Shown here: piece by piece, positions 23,471 through 35,627 of the stretch
Numbering within the stretch: position 1 is the first letter of the stretch
Layout: the number at the start of each line of letters is the position of its first letter
Assembly: GCA_002633005.1 (NCBI GenBank)
Contig: NMRA01000423.1
Location: forward strand, 337,231-375,865
Source: Phoronis australis
Lineage: Eukaryota > Animalia > Phoronida
Reading direction: 5' to 3'
Length of the DNA: 38,635 bases
Made by a program: the position numbers and the translations under genes
Notes under the pieces: generated by a model
The model's database searches: none
The model's input: only the letters and a program-made list of their open reading frames with translations
Told to the model about the DNA's origin: nothing

Positions 23471-24704
23471 GTAGCATTCATGAAAATTATCGGGTGATTA
23501 GTGTAAAATTCTAAAGTATTGCTGACAGTATTTGTGTGATAATATTAAGGTTTTAATAAATGGATTCGTTTTTATGAAATTTTCACAATTTTGAATACAG
23601 CATCTAATACCGCATGAACGCAAAGTTGCGGAATTTCAGATCAAAAATGAAGCCGTTGGTGCAAATTTGTGCGTTGGCATTTCCATCGTTTTTATGATTT
23701 ACATGGTAAATAAAAAATCCCTTGGGACTTTCTCTAAAATGACATTTCTAATTTCAAGATGAAATAACACAAACATGCACACTAACACCCACACCCACTC
23801 CCACGTACGTACACAAACAGACACACACATTACGCTACCTTTTTGTTTGTAATTACATATTGTTGTTTTACGATTTGCTTGTTCTGTGTAATACCACTAA
23901 ACGTGTAAACTACACTGTAGTAGTTCCGTCTTGTCAATGAATGCTTTTGACCGTGAAAATATACACTTGGAAACGCAGTGGTCACCGCGTAGATTTACAA
24001 GTAAACCAATGAGTCGAGCTCTAGTATATTCCACATTATTTCTACCGGTTCTCGAATTTTAGTGTTCCAATGTTTGCCCCTCTTGCTAATATCTTGACTG
24101 TAGTTTCTCATTTACTTTGTAAGCTGTTTTGATTTAAAAAATGTCAATCATTTTGAAAAATACTGGTAACTCCTCAGGTATTCTCCCTCTGCGTATGTGC
24201 TAACTTCCACAAAGTCATTAGGACAACAGACTTTTCAACTGATTTCACTCAATTGGTGGACACGCCTACTCTGCCGAGGGCAGAATAGTGTTTAATCAAT
24301 GCTTATTTCAACCTACATATCACTTCATTTTACATGATAAGAAAACAAATCACCAAAATCTATTGCATTGCAGCACCGAGGCTTCCAAATGGAAATTTCT
24401 CTGTTCTTCAGCTATTTGAAATTTAAAAGTGCTATTTTAATGTATTTAAAAGGAATAAATTCCAATGCAAACCAGTCTGGACTTCTACCTATTGTTTATT
24501 ATGTCGGCAAATACAATAGTTATTGGAAGGAATACAATAATTTATCAGCGAGGAAAATGTCAGTGAAGTCGCAAAGCATAAATCCATACATGGTAATCTC
24601 GAGATCTTCCCTAGGTATTTTGTTGCTCAGGTTAATTGATTTACTTCGAAGAGATGCTACTGTACTATTAACTATTTTGTGCGTTGAATTTTGTTTCGTT
24701 TCAG

Positions 24705-24747
24705 GAAAAGCTGTTCGGAAGAGCAGAATCTGCTGCACCGCCAACTT
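24705..24747 (+). CDS. Linker micro-exon G: EKLFGRAESAAPPT plus 1 nt (phase 0 to 1)
   Basis: Acceptor ttttgtttcgtttcag, donor gtaaga. Supplies the phase-1 junction needed to read exon H in frame. Confidence 0.75.
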
Positions 24748-25439
24748 GTAAGAAGGATTGAGTTTTCATAGCGTGAACCTGTCTCCCCTTTGTGACGTTT
24801 ACTTGGAATGCGTTTTGTATACCTATTTTCTCTCGAAAAAGTCAATCTATCTCAAGACTTCGCAAAATTACGTTCCTGAATTAAAAGTGTTTCAGAAGTC
24901 TAGCCGGCAGTTTACGGGCCTGGCCTACAGGAAAAATGTGATCATCACTGAACAAACTATTTTTTTGGTGAAATTGGAATGTTCAATTATGAATACAGTG
25001 AAGCAAAAACACGCATTCGTATCAACACCACTGACTATTATGATGAACACTGTTTAAAGTTCTCTAAGTTACTTTTCTGTGTTCATTTCAAACAATCTTT
25101 TGAGTCCTACATGTATATTTGTTAATCCCTCATTCTAAACTGTTGACATTTAGAAACACTTCTTAATCCAAATTTTTGAGAGCAATGGACAAAGCATGAT
25201 GTGTGAAGTTTTTGTTGCATTTATTGTCATACGTTTGCGTTTATTGTAAACTGTTGTTATCTTTGTCCTCTTGTCTAGATTAAAACTAAGTATAGAAATG
25301 GTAGATAAACTTCCATTTAGAATTTTTAGTGGCTGTCTAACTTACACGTGTCATGTTAAATATTCTGGTATTAGAGATGTAGTACATATACTGAACAATT
25401 TTAAAAGCTGTAAAAAAGTTTGTTGTGACTTGGTACATG

Positions 25440-25858
25440 TAGGACCACCCTTTATCGTACGAACACTATGACGATCCTGTATCGTCAGATCAGTAGGTCC
25501 ACCCTTTGTCGTAAGAACACTAAGACGACCCTGTATTGTGAGATCAGTAGGACCACCCTTTATCGTGAGAACACTATGACGACCCTGTATTGTCAGATCA
25601 GTAGGACCACCCACTATCGCCATATTAGTAGGATCACCCTGTATCGTGAGATCAGTAGGACCACCCACTATCGTCAGATTAGTAGCATCACCCTGTATCG
25701 TCAGATCAGTAGGACCACCCTGTATCGTGAGATCAGTAGGACGACCCTGTATAGTGAGATCAGTAGAAACCACCCTGTATCTTGAGATCAGTGGGACCAG
25801 CCTGTATCTTGAGATCAGTAGAACCACCCTGTATCACTAGAGCAGTAGGTCCACCCTG
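25440..25858. repeat. 27-bp minisatellite, about 15 copies (gtaggaccaccctgtatcgtgagatca)
   Basis: Direct tandem units; they explain the 9-aa repeat ORFs on both strands. Confidence 0.95.
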
Positions 25859-26400
25859 CAAACTTAACGTTCAGTAATTTTTCAGGAACTTTTAAGTTGG
25901 TCCTATGAATCAAACGGCAGGCAGAAGAAATTATGTAGGTTGTTTGACGCCCCTCCCGGAATGTCTAAGTACCCCCGAGTATTCGTGAAAATAGAGTGCA
26001 CAACATTCAACAAATCTCAAAAACAATTCAATTTTAGCTTCCAAGTGAAGCAGTCCGAGCAATGAGTACGAGGTCGGCCGTGTTCAGGGGCACGATCTTT
26101 CCGAAAAAAGGGGAATGATTAGTATTCTTCTGCTTAACCGAATACATGTAGCTACGCCCACACACGCTTTTTTGCTCTCAAATTTATAGCGATAAAAAGG
26201 ACAAAGGGTGCCATCGTCACCTTCTCATTCCCGGATTGTAATTGATAACGGAAATTCAAAATTACTAAGATAATATGTGCCAAAGTCTGCACATTGAAGT
26301 GATCACTAATAAAAGCTACTTAGTAAGAAAACGAGGAACTTAATTGACTTTCGTTGCAATCCTTCCCAAGTACTGATAAATGTCATTTCTATCCCTATAG

Positions 26401-27245
26401 CAACTATTGATGGAGCAGACGGTGGAGTTTTTGGGTACAAAGGGTTTCAACTCAAAGTACCACCAAATGCAATATCCGGGAACATAGAAATTGAGTTTGT
26501 AGATCAGTTGTTGTTAGCACGGGCAGTGCATTACGACACCCAAGGCAGAGCTAACCTCCATTCTCAGAGATTATGCGTGACCTGCACAGATGGAGATGTA
26601 ACATTCTCGGAGCCAGTCGAAGTGCGAGTGACTGTTGCAGCAATGTTCGGAAAAGTGGATGATCAACGACTAAAGAGCGAAGACTTTCGCATATTGCATG
26701 AAAAAGATGGTGAAGTGACTGACGTTACTGAAGATTGCAATGTCAGCATGGTATCGGAGGAAATAATCTTCTACTGTAAAACATGTTTAATGGTTAATAT
26801 TGCTTGGCTGGCAGATTTCACATCTCCTATCGCTACTGGCATGTTTACGACCATCAAACATATACTCGAAGCGTCATACATGTGCAGGATATGCCCGTAC
26901 ATAAAAAAAAGACAAGATGGAGGGTTGATAGTTAAACTATTTTGTCATGGCGTGGACGTGGAGTGTACTGATGACATTGAACACGAGTGTACAAGTTACA
27001 AAATGCGTTTGATAAATAGCGCCACGTTGTTGTTTGGAATTGTTTGCTGGAGCATTGCGGATGACAAAAAGAAACAAATTTCCTCTAAAGGGTTTAAACT
27101 TGAAAGGGATCATTGTGAAAGAGCATGTACAGTTTTTGAGATGATTGAAGCTAGAGTTCGTGCACTTATGGCTCACAAGGTTCGACTGTTTGTGAAAGAA
27201 TTAATCTACAAGGAAACCCTGATGGACAGGCCTGTGAAGGTTCAT
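26401..27245 (+). CDS. Large exon H encoding a ZU5-like domain followed by a UPA-like beta domain (STIDGADGGVFGYKGFQLKVPPNAI...FSEPVEV...IVKLFCH...PVKVH)
   Basis: Acceptor tctatccctatag ends at 26400. Frame is open from 26403 and continuous with ORF 26508-27266; donor gtaagt at 27246. The GG.....G..L.VP.NAI and F.EPV.V motifs match the ZU5 pattern from memory; no HMM was run. Confidence 0.85.
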
Positions 27246-27658
27246 GTAAGTACAGTACCTGTATAACTTGTTGTCTGTGTGTGTTGGACTGCATGTTGCA
27301 TGTGGTGTATTGGAGTATGAATCAGGTGTCCGCGTTTCTGTTACAGTGGCTGTAAGGGAATGAATTGACAATGACGTCAATGAAAAATAACCATTCGTCT
27401 AACGGTACTCTCCGATCCAAACTAAAGGTATTTGATCCGCCGGGACTCGTGCAGTTTGTCAATTCCCCGTTTTAATCCAACAATTCTATGTTGCATAAAA
27501 TACGAGTCGTTCATTGGAACAAATGCAATACAACACACGCTATACTTTCTTTGATGCTCACGATGAAGCGGACCCGCTGACGATCAAGAACCTGCGACGT
27601 TGTAGACCTCCCGTTTGCTATAACATTTTTGTCTAAAATACCTGACATTTCCGCCTGG

Positions 27659-27934
27659 TTATGAATCCGATTTAGTTGTCCATGTTGTGTGCTTATTTTG
27701 TGTGACGAAACAGGAGTATTCCTCTCGCCTGTCTGATGAATACTTGCTAGTATGAATGGGATGTTTTTGAAGATTTGACTCCTCTTTGGCACGCGCAGCG
27801 ATGAATGCTTCACGTTTGAGAGGGTAGTGCGTCTTTGGTATACGATGTACTTTGAGTTACGGCGATGTTATGTAATCGGGTGAATTAAACGAGAAGCTAT
27901 TGAACATGCCCTTCTGTTCAGCAGAAGTCACCAT
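27659..27934 (-). pseudogene. Degenerate THAP-like N-terminus from a DNA transposon relic
   Basis: Minus strand reads MVTSAEQKGMFNS...*LKVHRIPK...KREAFIAA, resembling THAP MVxxCxxxGCxN...FHRFPK...RxxWIxA with the Cys/Trp lost. Confidence 0.35.
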
Positions 27935-28699
27935 GCTGTCGGTGCCGCCGGAAATGAGACGAAGTCCAAAACAGGAATTGTGAGCAGTTTTATCACTCTA
28001 CAAGTAACTTCTGCTTGGCCGAAATCCAATGAAAACTATTCAATCGCTCAGAATAGTAGTTATAGATCTGTCTCACTAAATTTCATCGTAAATTGCTGGT
28101 GAAAATAAATTATGCACGGTGTTAAACTCGTAACTTATGCTGCTGTTGTCCAGGATGGCCAAGCAGATCCAAACAAACGACCCAAATTTCGCCACCAAAA
28201 TTGCACTAAATGTGCACAGCTTAAACCGATTTTGATATTTTTTTCAAATTACATTGAGTGGGATGCATTATCTTTCCGAATATATTCAAGTATTTTTGCA
28301 AATCCAAAAAATATCGGTTGGACAGCCCTAATCTTATTGTTCATTTGGTCCAGCTAGCGATCGACTAGGCTAAAATACAATGAAATGCAACGACAGGTAA
28401 CGAACATCAAGCAATTCAGCACATCCACCTACAAACACTTACCGGTATGTTGCAAAAACTGTAATTCAAAAGAAAAGCAATCTAGCAGTTACTTCTAGCA
28501 CTAATCCTGTCCGACAGTGTCCATCCATGCTATCCGCCGTTTTGAATGTTACGTTGTTAATAATAGCTCAAGTCCCACTAGCTTCTGGAAAGTGACATAT
28601 GTACCGTTTCGAATACTCTCTAAGATTTCACTCATCCTGGTTTACAACCATACTCGGATCACAGGCTGTCGTTCTAGAAGCAGTCATAGAAATATGTTA

Positions 28700-29917
28700 G
28701 CTACATGTTACAGCTATCGAATACGGCGACGCTCCACTCGTGGACTTCGCAAAGTGTTTTCACTTGCGACACAGTCTTGGATCAGTGGGAAACTTGTGCA
28801 AAGATACCCCCAGCCCTTGGCGTATTGCCACAGCCTCCAGCTTTACACAACGGTCAGGCATTCTTCTTCAAATATTTACTCCAGTTAAAATGTAAAAATC
28901 CGTCTACATTTGAAAAAGTACTCCTCCTGGCACACAGCAATGGAGACTGTGTACTCAGTCAGGCTGATTCTGCAATGATGGGGACACATTGTAAAATGTT
29001 TATGGCAACACACGAGACCATGTGCATGTGTCACATTCAAATGGCAAAGGTTGCATAATATACCATTCTAACAAACACTAAGACTCCCATTTGTGCCACA
29101 TAGTCCCAGCCAAGAGAACAAACCTATGCGCAGACTCGGCAGTGATCGGGTCAGGAATTCTTGATGTGTTTCTGATGTGACGTGTTTCCGAAGATAGCCG
29201 AAGTTCAAAATTTTTTGTTCTCAAAATTTTGTGGGGAAGTGGGAACGTGTTTAAACTAATAATAGAAGAATATGGGGTATGGAATAAAAAGAAATGTGGT
29301 TTATAAACAAACTTTAATTACAGTCAACACATGTGTGTACATGTACATATTAACTACAATTAAATAGCTCTGAATCAATCTCTATAAGACAGCATCTTGA
29401 GATTCTTCTGTCTGAGTTCCACCTCCACTGTTCTACGATTTAATGTTGCCGGGAAGGGTTTTGCCCCCCTTTGGCCACAAAAATGAACACTAAAATGACA
29501 AGGAAATAAATTCGGGCCTTAATCATGATACATCTAGCCGTGAGCATGTACTTTGATATATGTGTGTGTTGGGCACAGAAATTATAATATTCCTCATGAG
29601 AAAAGCTTTTAGACCCTGTTCGTAACTGTCTGTACTAATTCTACTAGTGTATGCCATTGTATACCCATGTGATCAAGGTTTCATTGAAGCACTTCAATAG
29701 TTTCTTTGTTGGGTTTACCCCTCTCGACACAGTGGGTTGCCTTAGAAACTAAAAATGATTTTAAATAACCAGCTCACTGGTATAGCAAAACCAGGCTTTC
29801 AGACTCTTAAACCATGTTGGTGAAATGTACGTCAGGCCTAAAATTAGACCAGGTTTAGGAAGACCAGGTTTAAGACTTAAACCTGGTTTTGTCAGACCAC
29901 CTTTATGAAATCGGGTG
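28700..29917 (+). mobile_element. Decayed, internally deleted PIF/Harbinger transposon (partial second copy about 31931-32506)
   Basis: Ordered relic motifs LQLYTT (28835), GDCVLSQA (28942), AMMGTH (28972), TP (29083), EQTY/QTR and GIL/MCF*C (29154). TIR-like end CTTTATGAAATCGGGTG with AGACCAGGTTTA subterminal repeats. Confidence 0.55.
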
Positions 29918-31560
29918 TTGATGTGTGCTACTGAGACGGGTGGTGGTCAGACCTTTCGTTATAATGATTGAATTTGAATCATGCCGTGATATTAAACTCA
30001 TCTGAGGGATAATGTGAGGACACCAAAATACCCGAAATACCTGAAGTCAGTATACCTGGAATTGCTTCAACGAAATATCGTGATTCAGAAACTTTGGTTG
30101 TGCTGTACATATACTTAACTTACTGCCCCATCTCAGGTTGGTTAGCACAGATTACTTTGAGACAGTTAAAATCTAGTGTACATAAATTAATTTGAGATTT
30201 TTCTACATGTATTTGACTCTTCCCGAGTGAGAATTTGACACATTTGACACCCTCTAAAAACGTGGAGTATTGTACGCCATAAAAACAAAAGTGTAAAACG
30301 TGGCGTGTCAAAGGTGTAAAATGTAGCGTGTCAAACGTGTCAAGAACGCGTCGAAAACGTGTAATTTTCGTTCCAATACTCCACGTATGACACGCTTACC
30401 GTGTCAAACGTGGCGATAAGTGTGTAAAACGTGGCGATAGCCTGTCCAACGTGGCGTGCCAAAACGTGGCAAAAATGTGGCGCTTTTGACACACTACCGT
30501 GTCGAACGTGGCGCTTGTGATACGCTAGCGTGTCGAATGTGGCGCTTTTGCCGTGCTAGCCTGTAATCTGTGTCATTGCCGTGGTACCGACCCCACATTT
30601 AGCCTGAGGCCTGTACAAGCCATAATGTTCTTGTATAGAGCAGCTCGCCATCCACCATGGGAATCCATACTGAAAGCAAATGTAGAAAGAGATTTCTTCT
30701 TTAAGTCACTGTTTATTGTAACATATAAATAATCCAAAATGTGATAATGATATAGAGTCTTTAAAAGGATAATGTATTTATCCAATTCTTACCACATACA
30801 GTTGTCACTAAATTTCATTACATCTAGAATAACAGTAACACAGAAGTAAGAAAGTGGTTCAACATACAAGTTCGAAGTGCTTAAAAGGGAACTGTATTTT
30901 ATTCTAAATAAATTCTGGATATTCTTTCATGTATTGTTGATTAATTTCGCAAATAATTCAACAAAAAATTAAACTTATATTCTCTAACGAAGCTTAAAAA
31001 ACTACCGGCTTGGAGCGCTGCTTAGTCTCGTAACGTATTTGGCGGGGGCAAAGTCACTGTCCTGTGTTAGCGTGCAATCAAGTAGCGTTTTTCATATTGT
31101 CGGAATAAGAAATTTTAGTGCGAAATGTAGGGTCACCAGGGATACTTGTTTGAGCCGAGAAAACACAAAGTGATACCAAGTCATCGCCATCGTCAGAGGA
31201 AAATTTGCCGGTGCAACCAGTCCGCATCAACAATTTACACTGGTGTGACTGTGCCGTGGGCAATATAGACTCCAGCTAGCCAGTCAGCTCTGTAAACTTG
31301 AAGGGTTGGCAAGTTACCGATTATAACAGTACATGTATTAAAGTGTAAATTGCAAGGTCTCAACCAATCTGAACAACAAAATGCTCTAAATTCGTGTTTA
31401 TAATTATTATTGCTATATTCTCAACATTAACTGAATTGTACGTCGCTATAAAAAGTTCTTTACATATTTGTTGCCGTGGCGTTGTAACGCCATTGTTGTA
31501 ACGGAAAATAGAAACGGCGCCATTTTCCTTCGTTACACATCTGTGACGTGGTGTTGGGGA

Positions 31561-31734
31561 NNNNNNNNNNNNNNNNNNNNNNNNNNNNNNNNNNNNNNNN
31601 NNNNNNNNNNNNNNNNNNNNNNNNNNNNNNNNNNNNNNNNNNNNNNNNNNNNNNNNNNNNNNNNNNNNNNNNNNNNNNNNNNNNNNNNNNNNNNNNNNNN
31701 NNNNNNNNNNNNNNNNNNNNNNNNNNNNNNNNNN
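31561..31734. other. Assembly gap (N run)
   Basis: Run of N. Confidence 1.
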
Positions 31735-31769
31735 TTAAGTATTCTATTTTCACTCTTGATGACGTCAGT

Positions 31770-31848
31770 CGCTGCGTGGTGTAGTGGTAAAGTCGGCGAC
31801 CAGCAATATTAGGGTCCCGGGTTCGACCCCGTCCTCGGATTCCCGCCA
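31770..31848 (+). mobile_element. tRNA-derived (SINE-head-like) sequence
   Basis: A box TGGTGTAGTGG and B box GGTTCGACCCC with a T-stem, but no pairing acceptor or anticodon stems. Confidence 0.6.
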
Positions 31849-33958
31849 AATCGTTATCTCACTAGTGAGATAACTTTATGGGTTATTACACGGTTGTATC
31901 TGCCATTTGACGCTAAAAAACGTGGTATAAATGTACATATTAACTACAATTAAATAGCTCTGAATCAATCTCTATAAGACAGCATCTTGAGATTCTTCTG
32001 TCTGAGTTCCACCTCCACTGTTCTACGATTTAATGTTGCCGGGAAGGGTTTTGCCCCTCTTTGGCCACAAAAATAAACACTAAAATGACAAGGAAATAAA
32101 TTCGGGCCTTTAAATCATGATACATCTAGCCGTGAGCATGTACTTTGATATACGTGTGTGTTGGGCACAGAAATTATAATATTCCTCATGACAAAAGCTT
32201 TTAGACCCTGTTCGTAACTGTCAGTACTGATTCTACTAGTGTATGCCATTGTATACCCATGTGATCAAGGTTTCATTGAAGCACTTCAATAGTTTCTTTG
32301 TTGGGTTTACCCATCTCGACACAGTGGGTTGCCTTAGAAACTTTAAAAATGATTTTAGATAACCAGCTCACTGGTATAGCAAAACCAGGCTTTCAGACTC
32401 TTAAACCATGTTGGTGAAATGTAGGTCAGGTCTAGACCAGGTTTAGGAAGACCAGGTTTCAGACTTAAACCTGCTTTTGTCAAACCACCTTTATGAAATA
32501 GGGTTTTGATATGTGCTACTGAGATGGGTGGTGGTCAGACCTTTCGCTATAATGATTGAATTTGAATCATGCCGTGATATGAAACTCATCTGAGAGATAA
32601 TGTGAGGACACGAAAATACCCGAAATACCTGAAATCCGTATACCTGGAATTGCTTCAACGAAATATCGTGATTCAGAAACTTTGTTTGTGCTGTACATAT
32701 ACTTAACTTACTGCCCCATCTCAGGTTGGTTAGCACAGATTACTTTGAGACATTTAAAATCTAGTGTACATAAATTAATTTGAGATTTTCCTACATGTAT
32801 CTGGCTCTTCCCGGGTGAGAATTTGACACATTTGACACCCTCTAAAAACGTGGAGTATTGTACGCCATAAAAACGTGTCAAAAGTGTAAAACGTGGCGTG
32901 TCAAAGGTGTAAAATGTAGCGTGTCAAACGTGTCAAGAACGCGTCGGAAACGTGTAATTTTCGTTTCAATACTCCACGTATGACACGCTTACCGTGTCAA
33001 ACGTGGCGATAAGTGTGTAAAACGTGGCGTTAGCCTGTCCAACGTGGCGTGCCAAAACGTGGCAAAAATGTGGCGCTTTTGACACACTAGCGTGTCGAAC
33101 GTGGCGCTTGTGATACGCTAGCGTGTCGAATGTGGCGCTTTTGCCGTGCTAGCCTGTAATCTGTGTCATTGCCGTGGTACCGACCCCACATTTAGCCTGA
33201 GGCCTGTACAAGCCATAATGTTCTTGTATAAAGCAGCTCACCATCCACCATGGGAATCCATACTGAAAGCAAATGTAGAAAGAGATTTCTTCTTTAAGTC
33301 ACTGTTTATTGTAACATATAAATAATCCAAAATGTGATAATGATATAGAGTCTTTAAAAGGATAATGTAACTATCCAATTCTTACCACGTACAATTGTCA
33401 CTAAATTTCATTACATCTAGAATAACAGTAACACAGAAGTAAGAAAATGGTTCAACATACAAGTTCGAAGTGCTTAAAAGGGAACTGTATTTTATTCTAA
33501 ATAAATTCTGGATAGTCTTTCATGTATTGTTGATTAATTTCGCAAATAATTCAACAAAAAATTAAACTTTTATTATCTAACGAAGCTTAAAAAACTACCG
33601 GCTTGGAGCGCTGCTTAGTCTCGTAACGTATTTGGCGGGGGCAAAGTCACTGTCCTGTGTTAGCGTGCAATCAAGTAGCGTTTTTCATATTGTCGGAATA
33701 AGAAATTTTAGTGCGAAATGTAGGGTCACCAGGAATACTTGTTTGAGCCGAGAAAACACAAAGTGATACCAAGTCATCGCCATCGTCAGAGGAACATTTG
33801 CCGGTGCAACCAGTCCGCATCAACAATTTACACTGGTGTGACTGTGCCGTGGGCAATATAGACTCCAGCTAGCCAGTCAGCTCTGTAAACTTGAAGTTTT
33901 GGCAAGTTACCGATTATAACAGTATTAAGACTATCGTATCACTGTGTGTTGAGCTCCG

Positions 33959-34734
33959 TTAACCCCGAAATTTCAGACAGCCATTGACTACCCGGGTATA
34001 ATAGACTTTAGCCTTGGTACAAAGCTGTATATAAATATACAGCTTTGCACCGATGTGGGTAAAAAGTGGCAAGATAAAATCTGACACAAAATTGGTGTCA
34101 TTAAAAACTACAGTCTTCCTTGAGTAAACTAAATTATTTAACGGTGTTGGCAAAAATGGCGTTCTACCGTTATTCTGCTGCTAAATTTGTGGAGCGATCT
34201 TTAGCGACGGCTTTTGGCGCCGTGAAATATTGCGTCACCTATTGGCCAGTTTCTTTTTTCGAAAATTCTTTAATCAACTGTTGTTCTTTCACGAGCTTGC
34301 ATACACGTCAAAACAAATTATCAGAACTGGTTTCACTTCATTATAAGTTTTTAGAATTTTGATACCGAAAAATCGAATTTCAGAAGAAATTTTGCTGCGG
34401 CCAAGCTATCATCATCACCCGAGAGATGTCGCAAAAATTTAGGAAATGGCGCGTGCGCGTGACACGAGCGTACTGTTTTCAAAACGACGAAATATTTTCA
34501 TTGTTAGAAAAGGCGGAGAGTTACACAAGAAAATGACGTTTATTGCATTGTTTTTCACTTAAACGGCTGTAACGGCAAAGGTGAGTGTCGGTTGACTCCC
34601 AGATTTTGCATGCACACCGTCCGGTTTTTAGCTTTACATGTTGATACAAGTTTCACGGCGCGGTGACGAGCAGAACTACCCAGGCTGTGTGCAATTTCGG
34701 GGTCTACGGAAGAAATACACACAGTGGGACCTAG
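33959..34734. mobile_element. Possible piggyBac-like element end, truncated by the gap
   Basis: Begins TTAA-CCC followed by CpG-rich non-coding sequence; the other end is not visible. Confidence 0.3.
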
Positions 34735-35627
34735 NNNNNNNNNNNNNNNNNNNNNNNNNNNNNNNNNNNNNNNNNNNNNNNNNNNNNNNNNNNNNNNNNN
34801 NNNNNNNNNNNNNNNNNNNNNNNNNNNNNNNNNNNNNNNNNNNNNNNNNNNNNNNNNNNNNNNNNNNNNNNNNNNNNNNNNNNNNNNNNNNNNNNNNNNN
34901 NNNNNNNNNNNNNNNNNNNNNNNNNNNNNNNNNNNNNNNNNNNNNNNNNNNNNNNNNNNNNNNNNNNNNNNNNNNNNNNNNNNNNNNNNNNNNNNNNNNN
35001 NNNNNNNNNNNNNNNNNNNNNNNNNNNNNNNNNNNNNNNNNNNNNNNNNNNNNNNNNNNNNNNNNNNNNNNNNNNNNNNNNNNNNNNNNNNNNNNNNNNN
35101 NNNNNNNNNNNNNNNNNNNNNNNNNNNNNNNNNNNNNNNNNNNNNNNNNNNNNNNNNNNNNNNNNNNNNNNNNNNNNNNNNNNNNNNNNNNNNNNNNNNN
35201 NNNNNNNNNNNNNNNNNNNNNNNNNNNNNNNNNNNNNNNNNNNNNNNNNNNNNNNNNNNNNNNNNNNNNNNNNNNNNNNNNNNNNNNNNNNNNNNNNNNN
35301 NNNNNNNNNNNNNNNNNNNNNNNNNNNNNNNNNNNNNNNNNNNNNNNNNNNNNNNNNNNNNNNNNNNNNNNNNNNNNNNNNNNNNNNNNNNNNNNNNNNN
35401 NNNNNNNNNNNNNNNNNNNNNNNNNNNNNNNNNNNNNNNNNNNNNNNNNNNNNNNNNNNNNNNNNNNNNNNNNNNNNNNNNNNNNNNNNNNNNNNNNNNN
35501 NNNNNNNNNNNNNNNNNNNNNNNNNNNNNNNNNNNNNNNNNNNNNNNNNNNNNNNNNNNNNNNNNNNNNNNNNNNNNNNNNNNNNNNNNNNNNNNNNNNN
35601 NNNNNNNNNNNNNNNNNNNNNNNNNNA
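34735..35627. other. Assembly gap (N run)
   Basis: Run of N. Confidence 1.

Larger units (their letters stand above)
29341..33923 (+). repeat. Near-identical duplication of about 2.0 kb (29341-31330 / 31931-33923) flanking an N gap
   Basis: Colinear alignment with offset about 2590; the spacer contains gap 31561-31734. Confidence 0.95.

Noticed and set aside
25351-25840. ORFs with 9-aa repeats on both strands
   Set aside because: By-product of a 27-bp minisatellite whose unit is a multiple of 3.
31770-31848. Functional tRNA gene ending in CCA
   Set aside because: Acceptor and anticodon stems do not pair; treated as a tRNA-derived repeat.
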